Of a DNA stretch of 64,000 nt, positions 17,476 through 27,656 are shown in pieces. The position numbers were made by a program, and so were the translations under genes. The notes beneath the pieces were generated by a model, which ran no database searches, had not been told where the DNA came from, and worked only from the letters and a program-made list of their open reading frames with translations. Source of the DNA: an uncultured Gemmatimonas sp. (lineage in GTDB: Bacteria > Gemmatimonadota > Gemmatimonadetes > Longimicrobiales > Gaopeijiaceae); assembly GCA_964648975.1 (NCBI GenBank), contig CAZYLN010000001.1, forward strand, positions 54,793 through 118,792, read 5' to 3'. How positions within the stretch are numbered: the first letter of the stretch is position 1; each line of letters begins with the position of its first letter.

Positions 17476-18449
17476 TGCACGCTCGCCGCCTGCGTTGTCA
17501 GTCCGCTCTCCGCTCGGCGCGCAATGTAGCCAAAAGTCTCCTCGAGGCCCTGCTCGAGCGTTCGCTCCGGTGCCCACCCGAGCGAGCGCAGACGCTCGGC
17601 GTCGAGCGCGCTGTGCCGAAGCTCCCCGGGCCGCGGATCCCGGTACTCGCGCCCCGGCACCCTGCTCGCGGCATGCTCCAGGATCTCGGCCAGCCGGTTG
17701 ACGCTGGTCTCGATCCCGGTACCCACGTTGTACGCGACGGCGTCCAGATCGTCGGGGCGATCGGGGAGCTCCATGTCCGCCGCCAAGAGGTTGGCGGCCA
17801 CGACATCCTCCACGAACACATAGTCCCGGGTCTGCTCGCCGTCGCCGAAGACCGTCAGCGCCACGTTCGCGAGCAGTCGGGCGGCGAAGATCGCAACTAC
17901 ACCCGCCTCACCGTGCGGATCCTGGCGGGGTCCGTACACGTTGGCGTAGCGGAGCGCGACGTACTCGAGCCCGCGTACGCGCCGGTAGTAGTGCAGGTAG
18001 TGCTCCCCGGCGAGCTTGCTCACTCCGTAGGGGGAGAGCGGACGCTTAGGTGCGGACTCCGGCGTGGGCCGCCGCTCCGGCTCCCCGTAGACCACGCCGC
18101 CGCTGGAGACGTAGAGCACACGCCGGGTCCCCGCGCGCACGGCCGCTTCCGCGAGATTGAGCAGCCCGCGCACGTTCGTCTGCGCATCCCGCGCCGGATC
18201 GGCCACGGAGGCCCGCACGTCGACCTGGGCGGCGTGGTGGCTCACGAGCTCGATGCCCGCCTTGGCCAGCAGCTCCGATACCGCCGGCCCGGCGAGGTCG
18301 GCCACGACCAGCTCCGCGCCCCGCGGCACGTTCTCCTCGCGTCCGGCGGACAGATCGTCCAGGACCCACACCCGGTCGCCGCGAGAGAGGAAGGCGTCGG
18401 CCACATGGCTTCCGATGAAACCGGCGCCCCCGGTCACCAACACGTTCAT
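17472..18449 (-). CDS. NAD-dependent sugar-nucleotide epimerase/dehydratase (GalE-like SDR)
   Basis: VLVTGGAGFIGSH is the Rossmann motif and YGVSKLAGEHY is the catalytic YxxxK. Length is 325 aa. Confidence 0.85.
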   Translation of the reverse strand: MNVLVTGGAGFIGSHVADAFLSRGDRVWVLDDLSAGREENVPRGAELVVADLAGPAVSELLAKAGIELVSHHAAQVDVRASVADPARDAQTNVRGLLNLAEAAVRAGTRRVLYVSSGGVVYGEPERRPTPESAPKRPLSPYGVSKLAGEHYLHYYRRVRGLEYVALRYANVYGPRQDPHGEAGVVAIFAARLLANVALTVFGDGEQTRDYVFVEDVVAANLLAADMELPDRPDDLDAVAYNVGTGIETSVNRLAEILEHAASRVPGREYRDPRPGELRHSALDAERLRSLGWAPERTLEQGLEETFGYIARRAESGLTTQAASVQ

Positions 18450-19717
18450 GCCAGGTCGTCTCCTTCGCCCCAGTGGCGCACGGCGGCCAAGGCCTCCTCG
18501 CCATGCCCCTCTTCGGCAGCCTTGCGCAGGTGCGCCGTCGGCTCGTGCAGCAGTTGGTTCAACAGGCGGCGGGAGAATGCCTCCACGGCGTCGCGGTCCG
18601 CACCGCTCAAGTGAGGCATGCGCTCGATCAGCCGAGCCACCTCGCGGGCGCGCACGCGCTCGCCGTGTTCCCGCAGCGCGCGGATCGCGGGGACCACGGC
18701 GAGCGAGCGATGCCAGAGCGCGAACCCCTCGACCTCGCGCGCGATGAGCGACTCGGCCTCGACGGCCGCCGCCCGGCGCCGGTCCAGGGACTCGTCGAGG
18801 ATGCGCTGAAGGTCGTCGACATTGTAGAGGAAGACGTCCGCTACACTGCCCAGTTCGGGGTCGATGTCGCGGGGGATCGCGATGTCGACCATCAGGAGCG
18901 GGCTCGTCACACCCGCCGGATACGCGGCCGTGAGATTGGAGGCTGTGATCAGGAAGTGCGGCGCCGAGGTCGAGGTCAGAACGATGTCAGCGTCGGCCAG
19001 GGCCCGCGTGATTTCCTCCATGCGCACGGCTCTTCCGTGGAGGCGCTCGGCGAGATCGACGGCTCGGTCGTATGTGCGATTGGCCACCATCACGCCTTGG
19101 ACGCCCTCGCGTCCGAGCGACGTGACCATGCGCTCGGCCGTCTCACCCGCACCGAGAACGAGCACGCGACGGCCTCGCAGGTCGCCGAAGATCTTGCGCG
19201 CCAGCTCGACAGCGACCGAGGCGACCGACGCGCTCCCCTCCCCGATCGCCGTCTCGGAACGCACGCGCCCGCCGACGGACAGCGCCGTCTGGAACAGGCG
19301 GTTCAGCACCGCGCCGGTCATGGCCGGGTCGGAGCCTGCAGCGCGCTGATAGGCCTCGCGGACCTGCCCCTGGACCTCGGCTTCGCCGGGGACCATGGAG
19401 TCGAGTCCCGATACGACACGGAAGAGGTGCATCGCCACGCTGTCGCCTGAGCGACGATAGAGATAGTTCGGGAGCGGTTCGGGCAGCGCCCCGGCGGCGC
19501 GTTCGAGGAATTTCACAGCCCGGGCGAGTGTCTCCTCCTTTCCGCTCTCGAGATACAACTCGGTCCGGTTGCAGGTCGCGAGCAGCACGACCTCCTCCAC
19601 ACCCGCGCCGCGCAATCCGGACAGCGCGTGCACGGCCTCGTCCCCCGGGAAGGCGAGGCGCTCACGTATCTCCACCGGAGCGGTGCGATGGCTGAGACCC
19701 ACGAGAGCGGGGGTCAC
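18446..19717 (-). CDS. hemA: glutamyl-tRNA reductase
   Basis: VGLSHRTAPVEIRERLAF and LATCNRTELY are the HemA signatures, with an NADP domain VLVLGAGETAE. The GTG start overlaps the upstream stop. Confidence 0.95.
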   Translation of the reverse strand: MTPALVGLSHRTAPVEIRERLAFPGDEAVHALSGLRGAGVEEVVLLATCNRTELYLESGKEETLARAVKFLERAAGALPEPLPNYLYRRSGDSVAMHLFRVVSGLDSMVPGEAEVQGQVREAYQRAAGSDPAMTGAVLNRLFQTALSVGGRVRSETAIGEGSASVASVAVELARKIFGDLRGRRVLVLGAGETAERMVTSLGREGVQGVMVANRTYDRAVDLAERLHGRAVRMEEITRALADADIVLTSTSAPHFLITASNLTAAYPAGVTSPLLMVDIAIPRDIDPELGSVADVFLYNVDDLQRILDESLDRRRAAAVEAESLIAREVEGFALWHRSLAVVPAIRALREHGERVRAREVARLIERMPHLSGADRDAVEAFSRRLLNQLLHEPTAHLRKAAEEGHGEEALAAVRHWGEGDDLA

Positions 19718-20523
19718 AGGAAGCCCGCTTCCGGATGGGCGGTCACGCGGAGCACGACGTAACCGGCCACGATCAGGAGGAAGGCGACCGAATTGGCTAG
19801 CGCGGCGCGCCGCTCCGGAGTCCCCCCTCTAGCCGCGCGCGCGAGGATCGCCGTCAGGACGGCCAACCAGCTGAACAGCCCCCACCACATCTCGACGTCG
19901 TCCTGCCCGAAGGTGCCTCTAAAGCGAACCGTCCACGCCCAACCGAGCGCGAGCGAGACGGTGAGGAGCACGAAACCGACGTGCGAGCCGACACGCCCTA
20001 GACGGTCGAGTGTCGCCAGCGGAGGGAGGAAGTAGAAAAGGCGGCCCATGCGCCTGGCCTTCAGCTCGCGGAACTGGGCGAGGTAGAGCCCTCCGGAAGC
20101 TCCCGCCAACGCGATGCCCACCACGCCCGCCAGCCCGAGGCCGGCGTGCAGGATGAACCAGCCGCCCTGAAAATCCGGATCCGTGCCGGAGGGTCGAATC
20201 CCTACCGCGAGGGCGACCGCCTGCAGGATGATCGCGAGCGGCAGAAGCACGATCCCGACCCGCTCGCCTTCCCTCACCACGACGGCACCCAGAAGGCCGC
20301 TCGTGACGAGCAGCGCGAGCATGGAAAGGGAGGGCCCGAGCCCGACCAGCGGCAGCTCGCGGAACTCGGCGGCGTACGCGCCGACGGCAACGACGTGCAC
20401 GGCGACGCCGGCGGCGGTGGTCCACGCGGGCGGCGCGTCCCGTCCGCGGCCACCTCCGAGGAGCGTGCGCAACCACAGAAGGAAGGCCGCGCCGTAGAGG
20501 AGCAGCGCAATAAGGTGAATCAC
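19714..20523 (-). CDS. cytochrome c assembly family membrane protein (CcsA/HemX-like)
   Basis: Eight hydrophobic segments and a WGxxxW-like region (WWGLFSW). Its position next to hemA matches the hemX/ccsA-like genes of hem operons. Confidence 0.7.
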   Translation of the reverse strand: MIHLIALLLYGAAFLLWLRTLLGGGRGRDAPPAWTTAAGVAVHVVAVGAYAAEFRELPLVGLGPSLSMLALLVTSGLLGAVVVREGERVGIVLLPLAIILQAVALAVGIRPSGTDPDFQGGWFILHAGLGLAGVVGIALAGASGGLYLAQFRELKARRMGRLFYFLPPLATLDRLGRVGSHVGFVLLTVSLALGWAWTVRFRGTFGQDDVEMWWGLFSWLAVLTAILARAARGGTPERRAALANSVAFLLIVAGYVVLRVTAHPEAGFL

Positions 20524-20600
20524 TTGGCTAAGAGGCTCCGCTGGGGCGAGCCGCCGATGCGCAGTCCGGGTTGCAGGCTCGGCAGAACGTACCGAAACGC

Positions 20601-20624
20601 GGCCGGGGCCAAAACACCCCGGCC
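20601..20624 (-). terminator. GC-rich hairpin downstream of the TPR lipoprotein gene
   Basis: GGCCGGGG-ccaaaaca-CCCCGGCC is an 8-bp stem. On the minus strand it is followed by GCGTTTCGG, a weak U-tract. Confidence 0.4.
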
Positions 20625-20776
20625 GGCCACATCCGCTAGCCGCAGGAGTTCAGACGCTCCGGCGCTGCGGGCGCGCACGGCACGGGTCCGCCGGGAGTGC
20701 TCCGCTGAACGTGATCGGCTGCTCATACCAGTCTGGGCGGGGTCGGGCGGCGAGCCATGGCCGGACCACTCGACGC

Positions 20777-21703
20777 CTAGCAGCCCCCGTCGTCGCCCGT
20801 CCGCTGACCGAAGCGGAGCTCGTCGATGCGCTCGTCCGCGCGACGCACGAGTACGCCCGTGCCGGCAGGGTCGAGCGCACGCACGCGCCGATAAGCTGCC
20901 AAGGCCGCGTCACACTCGCCCAGACCCGAGAGAATCTCGCCGCGCTCGAACCATGCCTGGGGAACCAGGTTCCTCGGCTCACCCACTTCGAGGGTGCGGT
21001 CAATCGACTGGAGCGCCTCCTCGACGTCACCTTCAGCTCGCAGCGCACGCCCGAGCATGAGCGAGCAACTGCCTATGTGCCAGTCCACCTCGCTCCGCTC
21101 CCTGGGACGCACCATCTCACGGTAGCGCTCGAACAGCGTCAGCGCGCGAGCGCAGTCGCCCACCTCCTCGAAGGCGGTGCCGACCTCCATGATCACCGGA
21201 GCGGTCGAGTCGGCGGCGGCCGCGAGGCCTCGCTGGTAGTACGGCAGCGCCCGCCCGAATTCACCGTTCTGGAAGTAGTGCCGTGCGAGCGGGAGCGCGA
21301 GCCCTTCAGCCAACAGCCCGGGCACGAACAGCAAAGCGGTCTCCACCGCCGATGCCATCAGAAAACGGTCCGAGCGCGACTCCGCCCGGTGGGCCAGGTG
21401 GAGCAGATCCGACGCCGCCTGGTCCGCCCAACGCGTGTCGCGCTCCACCGCCAGGTTGTAGTAATCGCGGGCCTCGTCCACTCGGCCGAGCTGCGCGTAG
21501 GTGTGGCCCACGCGCGCGTAGGCCTCCGCGTCGCCGCCCTGGCTCACCGCCAGCTGATACTCGGCGATCGCCCTCTCGACGTCGCCCGTGGCGAGAGCCA
21601 CGTCGCCCCGCACCACCGCAGTCTCCTCGGAACCGCGCCCGCAAGCGAACAGGAGCCCGCAAGCCAACACGGCGACGCCCGGCGATCGCACTCGATAGAT
21701 CAT
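20777..21703 (-). CDS. TPR-repeat lipoprotein (function unknown)
   Basis: ATG at 21701-21703, lipobox LLFACG, and several TPR-like repeats (AIAEYQLAVSQGGDAEAYARVGHTYAQLGRVDEARDYYNLAVERD). The longer track ORF is antisense to hldD. Confidence 0.7.
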   Translation of the reverse strand: MIYRVRSPGVAVLACGLLFACGRGSEETAVVRGDVALATGDVERAIAEYQLAVSQGGDAEAYARVGHTYAQLGRVDEARDYYNLAVERDTRWADQAASDLLHLAHRAESRSDRFLMASAVETALLFVPGLLAEGLALPLARHYFQNGEFGRALPYYQRGLAAAADSTAPVIMEVGTAFEEVGDCARALTLFERYREMVRPRERSEVDWHIGSCSLMLGRALRAEGDVEEALQSIDRTLEVGEPRNLVPQAWFERGEILSGLGECDAALAAYRRVRALDPAGTGVLVRRADERIDELRFGQRTGDDGGC

Positions 21704-21838
21704 GGTTCGAGATACCGGAGCATGCGCCGACCGGTTCCGGCGCCGGCCGTCGGGAAGCCGTCTCGCCCCGATGCGCCATGCCCGGCTTCGAAGGATTACC
21801 TTTTGGCTCGCGAACGCCCCCTGGAGCACGGAGTCCGC

Positions 21839-22825
21839 TTGATCCTCGTCACCGGAGGCGCCGGTTTCATCGGCTCCAACTTGGTGGCCGGCCTGATCGA
21901 GGCCGGCCACGGGCCGATCGTCGTGGTCGACCGGCTGGGAAGCGACGACAAGTGGCGCAACCTCGCCAAACATGAGATCGAGACGCTGATCCCGCCCGAG
22001 GGCCTCTCGACCTTTCTCCGGCGCCACGACCAAGAGGTCACCTACGTCTACCACATGGGTGCGATCTCGTCGACGACCGAACGCGACGCGGACCGGATCA
22101 CGGCCACCAATGTCCGCTTGCCCCAGGAACTGTGGAACTGGTGCGCCGACCACTCGGTCCCGTTCGTATACGCATCTTCCGCGGCGACGTACGGCGACGG
22201 CTCGGCGGGCTTCCGAGACGACGCCGATCCGAGCTACCTGGCACGGCTCCGCCCGCTCAACGCTTACGCCTGGAGCAAGCACGTGTTCGACCGATGGGTC
22301 GCGCGCCGAGTCCGCGCGGGCCTGGGCGCACCGCCGCAATGGGCGGGACTCAAGTTCTTCAACGTCTACGGGCCCAACGAGTACCACAAAGGCGACATGC
22401 GTAGCGTCGTCTGCAAAGCCTACCCGCGGGCGGCCGGCGGCGAGCCCGCGCGCCTGTTCCGCTCGCGCCATCCCGACTATCCGAACGGCGAGCAGAAGCG
22501 CGACTTCGTCCACGTGCGCGACTGCGTGTCGGTGATGACCTGGCTGAAGGACCACCGCGACGTCGGCGGCCTGTTCAACCTCGGCACGGGCTCGGCCCAG
22601 ACATGGCTCGAGCTCATGCGCGCGCTCTACACGGCGCTCGACCGCGAGTTGGCTGTGGAGTGGATCGACCTTCCCGAGGAGATCGCCGACCGGTACCAGT
22701 ACTTCACCGAGGCCGATATGAGCGCGCTACGGCAAGGGGGCTACGACCGGCCGTTCATGAGCGTGGAGGAGGGGATCGAGAACTACGTCCGCCACTATCT
22801 CGCCGCCGACGATCCCTACCGCTAG
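21839..22825 (+). CDS. hldD: ADP-L-glycero-D-manno-heptose 6-epimerase
   Basis: The TTG start at 21839 gives (M)ILVTGGAGFIGSNLV, matching the HldD N-terminus. Other HldD-type motifs present are YASSAATYG, NAYAWSK and FFNVYGPNEYHKG. A GGAG SD lies 6 nt upstream. Confidence 0.88.
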   Translation: MILVTGGAGFIGSNLVAGLIEAGHGPIVVVDRLGSDDKWRNLAKHEIETLIPPEGLSTFLRRHDQEVTYVYHMGAISSTTERDADRITATNVRLPQELWNWCADHSVPFVYASSAATYGDGSAGFRDDADPSYLARLRPLNAYAWSKHVFDRWVARRVRAGLGAPPQWAGLKFFNVYGPNEYHKGDMRSVVCKAYPRAAGGEPARLFRSRHPDYPNGEQKRDFVHVRDCVSVMTWLKDHRDVGGLFNLGTGSAQTWLELMRALYTALDRELAVEWIDLPEEIADRYQYFTEADMSALRQGGYDRPFMSVEEGIENYVRHYLAADDPYR

Positions 22826-22887
22826 CGAGATAGCGGGGCCGGGCTCGCGGGCGCGGTGCCGGACCGGACCAGCCGCGTCACTGCCGC

Positions 22888-23862
22888 CTAGCCGCGCACA
22901 CGGGCAAATTCGCGTGCCCAGTAGGTGATCACGACGTCCGCTCCCGCTCGAGCGATCGACACGAGCGCCTCCCGCATGGCGCGCTCGCCGTCCAGCCAGC
23001 CCCGCTCCGCCGCTGCGAGGATGGCGGCGTATTCCCCGGAGACGTGGTAGGCTGCGAGCGGCCAACCGGTCTCGCGCTTGACGCGCTGAATCACGTCGAG
23101 CTGCGAGAGAGCCGGCTTCACCATCACGATATCGGCCCCCTCCTCGATGTCCGCCCATACCTCTCTGAGCGCCTCGTCCTGGTTCGCCGGGTCCATCTGG
23201 TATCCGCTCCGGTCGCCGAAGGCGGGCCGGGAGTCGGCGGCGTCTCGGAAGGGCCCGTAGAACGCAGAGGCGTACTTGGCCGCGTAGCTGAGGATTCCGA
23301 CCTGCTCGAACCCTTCGTCGTCCAGCGCCTCGCGGATCGCGCCCACGCGCCCGTCCATCATGTCCGACGGCGCGACCAGATCGGCGCCGGCCCGTGCGTG
23401 GCTCGTCGCAGTGCGGGCGAGCAGTTCAAGTGTGGGGTCGTTGTCGACTGCGCCGTCCTTCAGCACGCCGCAGTGGCCGTGGTCGGTGTACTCGCACAGA
23501 CAGACGTCCGTGAGGACGGCAAGCTCCGTAGCCGCGTCCTTGATCGCCCGCACCGCCCGCTGCACGGCTCCCTGCTCGTCCCACGCGCCCGTGCCTTCGG
23601 CGTCCTTGCGCCCCGGTATCCCGAACAGGATCACGCCCCCGACGCCCAGTTCGGCGGCCTCGCGCGCGTCCGCCAGCGCCTCGTCGACCGATGTGCGCCA
23701 CACGCCCGGCATCGAGCCCACCGGGGTGCGCACACGCTCTCCTTCCGTAACGAACAAGGGAAGGACGAGCCGCTCCGGGGTGAGGCGCGTCTCCCTCACG
23801 AGCGCTCGCAGCGCGGGCGTACGGCGCAGCCGATGCCCGCGCCAGGCGGGAAAAGCAGTCAC
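22888..23862 (-). CDS. hemB: porphobilinogen synthase (delta-aminolevulinate dehydratase), Zn-type
   Basis: [17 protein letters not shown] and [14 protein letters not shown] (the Cys-rich Zn site) are present, with the active-site Lys region MVKPA. The GTG start overlaps the rimI stop. Confidence 0.95.
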   Translation of the reverse strand: MTAFPAWRGHRLRRTPALRALVRETRLTPERLVLPLFVTEGERVRTPVGSMPGVWRTSVDEALADAREAAELGVGGVILFGIPGRKDAEGTGAWDEQGAVQRAVRAIKDAATELAVLTDVCLCEYTDHGHCGVLKDGAVDNDPTLELLARTATSHARAGADLVAPSDMMDGRVGAIREALDDEGFEQVGILSYAAKYASAFYGPFRDAADSRPAFGDRSGYQMDPANQDEALREVWADIEEGADIVMVKPALSQLDVIQRVKRETGWPLAAYHVSGEYAAILAAAERGWLDGERAMREALVSIARAGADVVITYWAREFARVRG

Positions 23863-24296
23863 GGCAGGAGTTGCTTCATGAGCACACGCGCGTCCTCACG
23901 GGGCTTCTCGTAGTAGTCGCGGCGAACGCCGATCTCGCGGAACCCGCGAGACGCGTACATGGCGCGTGCCCGCGCGTTGGAGACCCGCACTTCAAGGTAC
24001 AGGCTCTCCACGCCGAGCGTGCGGGCCTCCTCGGTTACCCGGTCCAGCAGGTATCCGCCAAGGCAGCAGTCCCGTAGCTGCCGGGCCACCGCGATGTTGG
24101 CCAGCTCCCCTTGATCGTGGATGCACCATAGCACGGCGTATCCGGCCACGGTCAGCGGAGGCACCTCGAGCACCCTGAGGTGCGCGCCCGGCCGAGCGAG
24201 CAGCGCGCGGAAGGTAGCGGGTCGCCAAGGGGCGGTGAAGGAGGCCGACTCGATCGCACCGACCTGCTCCACGTCCGAGTCCTCCATCCTGCGCAC
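23859..24296 (-). CDS. rimI: ribosomal-protein-alanine N-acetyltransferase (GNAT)
   Basis: Has a GNAT core ([41 protein letters not shown]) and follows tsaB as in the tsaE-tsaB-rimI arrangement. I prefer the GTG at 24296 with a GAGGGG SD. Alternative starts are 24287 (ATG) and 24371 (a GTG overlapping the tsaB stop). Confidence 0.8.
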   Translation of the reverse strand: MRRMEDSDVEQVGAIESASFTAPWRPATFRALLARPGAHLRVLEVPPLTVAGYAVLWCIHDQGELANIAVARQLRDCCLGGYLLDRVTEEARTLGVESLYLEVRVSNARARAMYASRGFREIGVRRDYYEKPREDARVLMKQLLP

Positions 24297-24367
24297 GCGC
24301 GTCCCCTCGGGAAACGCTGGCACGCGCTGGAACGCCGGTGCCGAGCCCTGCCTGCTGGACGGCGGCG

Positions 24368-25114
24368 TCACGCGAACCGCACCCGCTCGGCGCTGGAAGC
24401 TCTCACGTATTCCGGCTCCCACCGGCCAGGGTCGGCGACGGGCGGATGGCTGCCGCGGAGCCCGAGCGCGTGGAGCAGACCGTCGGCGGTCGGGACCCCG
24501 GCCGGCCGAGGCAGGACGCTACGGCCGGCCGCCCGGAGCGCCGCCTCGTGGCGCAGCGCGCCGTCGCCGACGAACCGTGTGCCGGGAGGCGGATCCTCCC
24601 CGAGCAGCGTCTCCAGCCGAGTCGCGTGCGGGGCCACGACCACTTCCACGGCGTCATCGGCCACCGCATAGCAGGCCGCGTACAAGCGATCGCCGCGGGC
24701 GTCGAACAGGACGTAGCGCAAGCGCCCCGGGTCGGGATCGGGCAGCTGCGCGGGCAGCCCCGGAAGCGAAGCGGCCACCCGCTCCGCTACGGCCGCGGCG
24801 GCCAGGCTGGAGACCGCCCACAGAGGCACGCGGAGCGCGTGAACCAGCCCCTTCGCGGTCGCCGCGGCGACCCGGACGCCGGTGAACGATCCGGGTCCCG
24901 CCCCGACGACGACACCGGCGAGGTCGCGCGCACCCACCTGCGCCTCGGCGAGCGCCCGGCCCATGCACGGGATCACGTCGGCCGCATGCCGACCCTGACG
25001 GTCGAGGAACACCCGCGAGAGGATCCCTCGGACGGTCCCGACCGCGACGGACCCCAGCGGACCCGAGGTGTCCACGGCCAGGTACGGCGCTTCCGGTGCA
25101 GGCGCAGCTCTCAT
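24368..25114 (-). CDS. tsaB: tRNA t6A37 biosynthesis protein TsaB
   Basis: YLAVDTSGPLGSVAV and GPGSFTGVRVAAATAKGL are the YeaZ/TsaB signatures. The ATG at 25112-25114 overlaps the tsaE stop. Confidence 0.9.
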   Translation of the reverse strand: MRAAPAPEAPYLAVDTSGPLGSVAVGTVRGILSRVFLDRQGRHAADVIPCMGRALAEAQVGARDLAGVVVGAGPGSFTGVRVAAATAKGLVHALRVPLWAVSSLAAAAVAERVAASLPGLPAQLPDPDPGRLRYVLFDARGDRLYAACYAVADDAVEVVVAPHATRLETLLGEDPPPGTRFVGDGALRHEAALRAAGRSVLPRPAGVPTADGLLHALGLRGSHPPVADPGRWEPEYVRASSAERVRFA

Positions 25115-25566
25115 GGCTGACCTGCCGGCAGCGGAGGAAGCGGGGGCGGATCGCCTACCTTCCGCACCGTCACGCCACGCAGCGAGGCGACCCCCTTGGG
25201 CATTCTGAGATCCACCTCCCAGCGGTGCTCGGGCAACCGGTCGCCCGCCCGCTCCGGCCACTCGACCAGCACGATCTCCCCAGGCGCCCCCAGCTCGTAC
25301 CAACCCAGCTCCGGGAGCTCGTCCGGGTCGCGGATGCGAAAAAGGTCCAGGTGCACGACTTCCGACATCGCAGCCCGGTAACGGAAGACCAGGTTGAAGG
25401 TGGGTGACGGCAGCGGGCCGCGAACCCCTGCGCCCCGCGCGACAGCGCGCGCCAGCACCGACTTGCCGGCACCGAGCGGACCGCGCAGGGCAACCACGAG
25501 CGGCGGCAGCACCTCGCGGCCGATGCGCTCACCCCAACGGACCAGGTCAGGCTCGGACAGGATCAT
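25111..25566 (-). CDS. tsaE: tRNA t6A37 biosynthesis ATPase TsaE
   Basis: Has the Walker A motif GPLGAGKS, then SPTFNLV and HLDLFRI...VEWPE. Confidence 0.92.
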   Translation of the reverse strand: MILSEPDLVRWGERIGREVLPPLVVALRGPLGAGKSVLARAVARGAGVRGPLPSPTFNLVFRYRAAMSEVVHLDLFRIRDPDELPELGWYELGAPGEIVLVEWPERAGDRLPEHRWEVDLRMPKGVASLRGVTVRKVGDPPPLPPLPAGQP

Positions 25567-25641
25567 TCACGAACCTCGTAGGCGCGCGCTCGCCTGCCAA
25601 CAGTCGCGCGCCCAGCGGCGCCGGGCGGTGTCCGCCCCTCG

Positions 25642-27627
25642 CTAGGCCCGCGCTCGAAGCTCGAACAGCTGGTCACGGATCAGTGCGGCGCGCTCGAAGT
25701 CCATCGCGCGGGCCGCCTCCGCCATCTCCCGCTCCAGGATCTTGGCCAGCTCCTCGCGGTTCACCTCGTCCGTATACGTCTGGAGCGGCTCGCCGGTCTT
25801 GATGGACGGCTTCTGGCGGGCATCGGCCACCCGGGTCGAAAACTCGATCTGCTCGACGCTCTTGCGGATCGTCTCCGGCGTGATCGCGTGCACGCGGTTG
25901 TGCGCGACCTGGATATCCCGCCGCCGATTGGTCTCGTCGAGACAGCGCCGCATTGACTCGGTGATGGCGTCCGCGTACAGGATCGCCCGACCGTTCACGT
26001 TGCGCGCCGCGCGGCCGATCGTCTGTATCAGGCTCCGGCTGTCGCGCAGGAAGCCTTCCTTGTCCGCATCGAGGATCGCCACGAGCGACACCTCCGGGAG
26101 GTCGAGTCCCTCGCGCAACAGGTTGATTCCGACCAGTACGTCGATGCGCCCGAGCCGTAGCGCACGCAGGATGTCCATGCGCTCGATCGCGTCGATATCG
26201 GAATGCATGTAGCGCACGCGCACGCCGACCGACTGCAGATACTCCGAAAGGTCTTCGGCCATGCGCTTGGTCAGCGTGGTCACGAGCACGCGCTCACGCC
26301 GCTGCTCGCGCTCGCGGATCTCTGCCAGCAGGTCGTCCACCTGCCCGGGCACGGGCCGCACGACGACCTCCGGGTCGAGCAGTCCGGTGGGCCGGATGAT
26401 CTGCTCGACCACCACGCCGCCCGACGCCTGGAGCTCCCACTCCCCCGGCGTGGCGGATACGCAGAGCACCTGCTCGATCAGCGCCTCCCACTCGTCGAAG
26501 CGAAGCGGCCGGTTGTCCAGCGCGCTCGGCAAGCGGAAGCCGTGTTCCACGAGCGTGAGTTTCCGCGACCGATCACCGTTGAACATCCCGTTCACCTGCG
26601 GTACGGTGACATGCGACTCGTCCACGATCACGAGCATGTCCGCCGGGAAGTAGTCGAAGAGGCACGCCGGCCTCTCGCCCGGCTGGCGCCCGCCGAGGTA
26701 GCGCGAGTAGTTCTCGATACCGGGGCACGTCCCGATCTCGAGCATCATCTCCAGGTCGAAGTTCGTGCGCTGCTCCAGGCGCTGCGCCTCGAGCAGTCGT
26801 CCTTCGGCTCTGAACGCGGCGAGCTGACGGGCGAGCTCCTCCCTGATCTTGGGCACCACCTGCTCGATCGTCTGCCGCCGGGTCACGTAGTGGCTGGCCG
26901 GATAGATCGCCGTCCGCTCGAGGGAGGCGATGGCTTCGCCCGTGCGGGGGTCGAAGCGCGTGATCCGTTCGACCTCGTCCCCCCAGAGCTCGATGCGGAT
27001 CGCCTGCTCCTCGTACGCGGGGAACACTTCGACCGTGTCGCCTCGCACGCGGAACGTCCCGCGTTCGAAGGCGTGGTCATTGCGCTTGTACTGGATGTCG
27101 ACGAGCCCCTTGAGGATCGCCCTTCGAGGACGCTGCTCGCCGATCGCTGCGTGCAACATCAGCCCGCGGTAGTCCGCCGGGTTTCCGAGGCCGTAGATGC
27201 AAGAGATCGAGGCGACGACGATTACGTCGTCGCGCTCCATGAGCGACGAGGTCGCGCGCAGGCGCAGGCGCTCGATGTCCTCGTTGATCGAGGCGTCCTT
27301 CTCTATGTAGGTGTCCGTAGAGGGGACGTAGGCCTCCGGCTGATAGTAGTCGTAGTAGCTGATGAAGTACTCGACCGCGTTCCTGGGGAAGAGCGCCTTG
27401 AGCTCGCCGTACAGCTGGGCTGCGAGGGTCTTGTTGTGGCTCATCACCAGCGCAGGGCGCCCGTGCCCGGCGATCGCGTGCGCGACCGTGAAGGTCTTGC
27501 CCGTTCCCGTTGCACCGAGCAGGGTCTGGAAACGGTCGCCCCGGTCTAGCCCCGCGCTGAGTTCCTCGATCGCCTTCGGCTGATCGCCGGCAGGCGCATG
27601 GGGAGACTCGAGCTGGAAACGGGCCAT
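25642..27627 (-). CDS. uvrB: excinuclease ABC subunit B
   Basis: [29 protein letters not shown], the DESH box (IVDESHVT) and a C-terminal UVR domain ([15 protein letters not shown]). Confidence 0.97.
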   Translation of the reverse strand: MARFQLESPHAPAGDQPKAIEELSAGLDRGDRFQTLLGATGTGKTFTVAHAIAGHGRPALVMSHNKTLAAQLYGELKALFPRNAVEYFISYYDYYQPEAYVPSTDTYIEKDASINEDIERLRLRATSSLMERDDVIVVASISCIYGLGNPADYRGLMLHAAIGEQRPRRAILKGLVDIQYKRNDHAFERGTFRVRGDTVEVFPAYEEQAIRIELWGDEVERITRFDPRTGEAIASLERTAIYPASHYVTRRQTIEQVVPKIREELARQLAAFRAEGRLLEAQRLEQRTNFDLEMMLEIGTCPGIENYSRYLGGRQPGERPACLFDYFPADMLVIVDESHVTVPQVNGMFNGDRSRKLTLVEHGFRLPSALDNRPLRFDEWEALIEQVLCVSATPGEWELQASGGVVVEQIIRPTGLLDPEVVVRPVPGQVDDLLAEIREREQRRERVLVTTLTKRMAEDLSEYLQSVGVRVRYMHSDIDAIERMDILRALRLGRIDVLVGINLLREGLDLPEVSLVAILDADKEGFLRDSRSLIQTIGRAARNVNGRAILYADAITESMRRCLDETNRRRDIQVAHNRVHAITPETIRKSVEQIEFSTRVADARQKPSIKTGEPLQTYTDEVNREELAKILEREMAEAARAMDFERAALIRDQLFELRARA

Positions 27628-27656
27628 CGCGGTTCCGGCGACCGGCGGGCGATCCT

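Noticed and set aside
20711-22825. Mutually antisense 704-aa (+) and 592-aa (-) ORFs
   Set aside because: These resolve into two real divergent genes, a TPR lipoprotein (20777-21703, minus) and hldD (21839-22825, plus). The remaining parts are antisense shadows.
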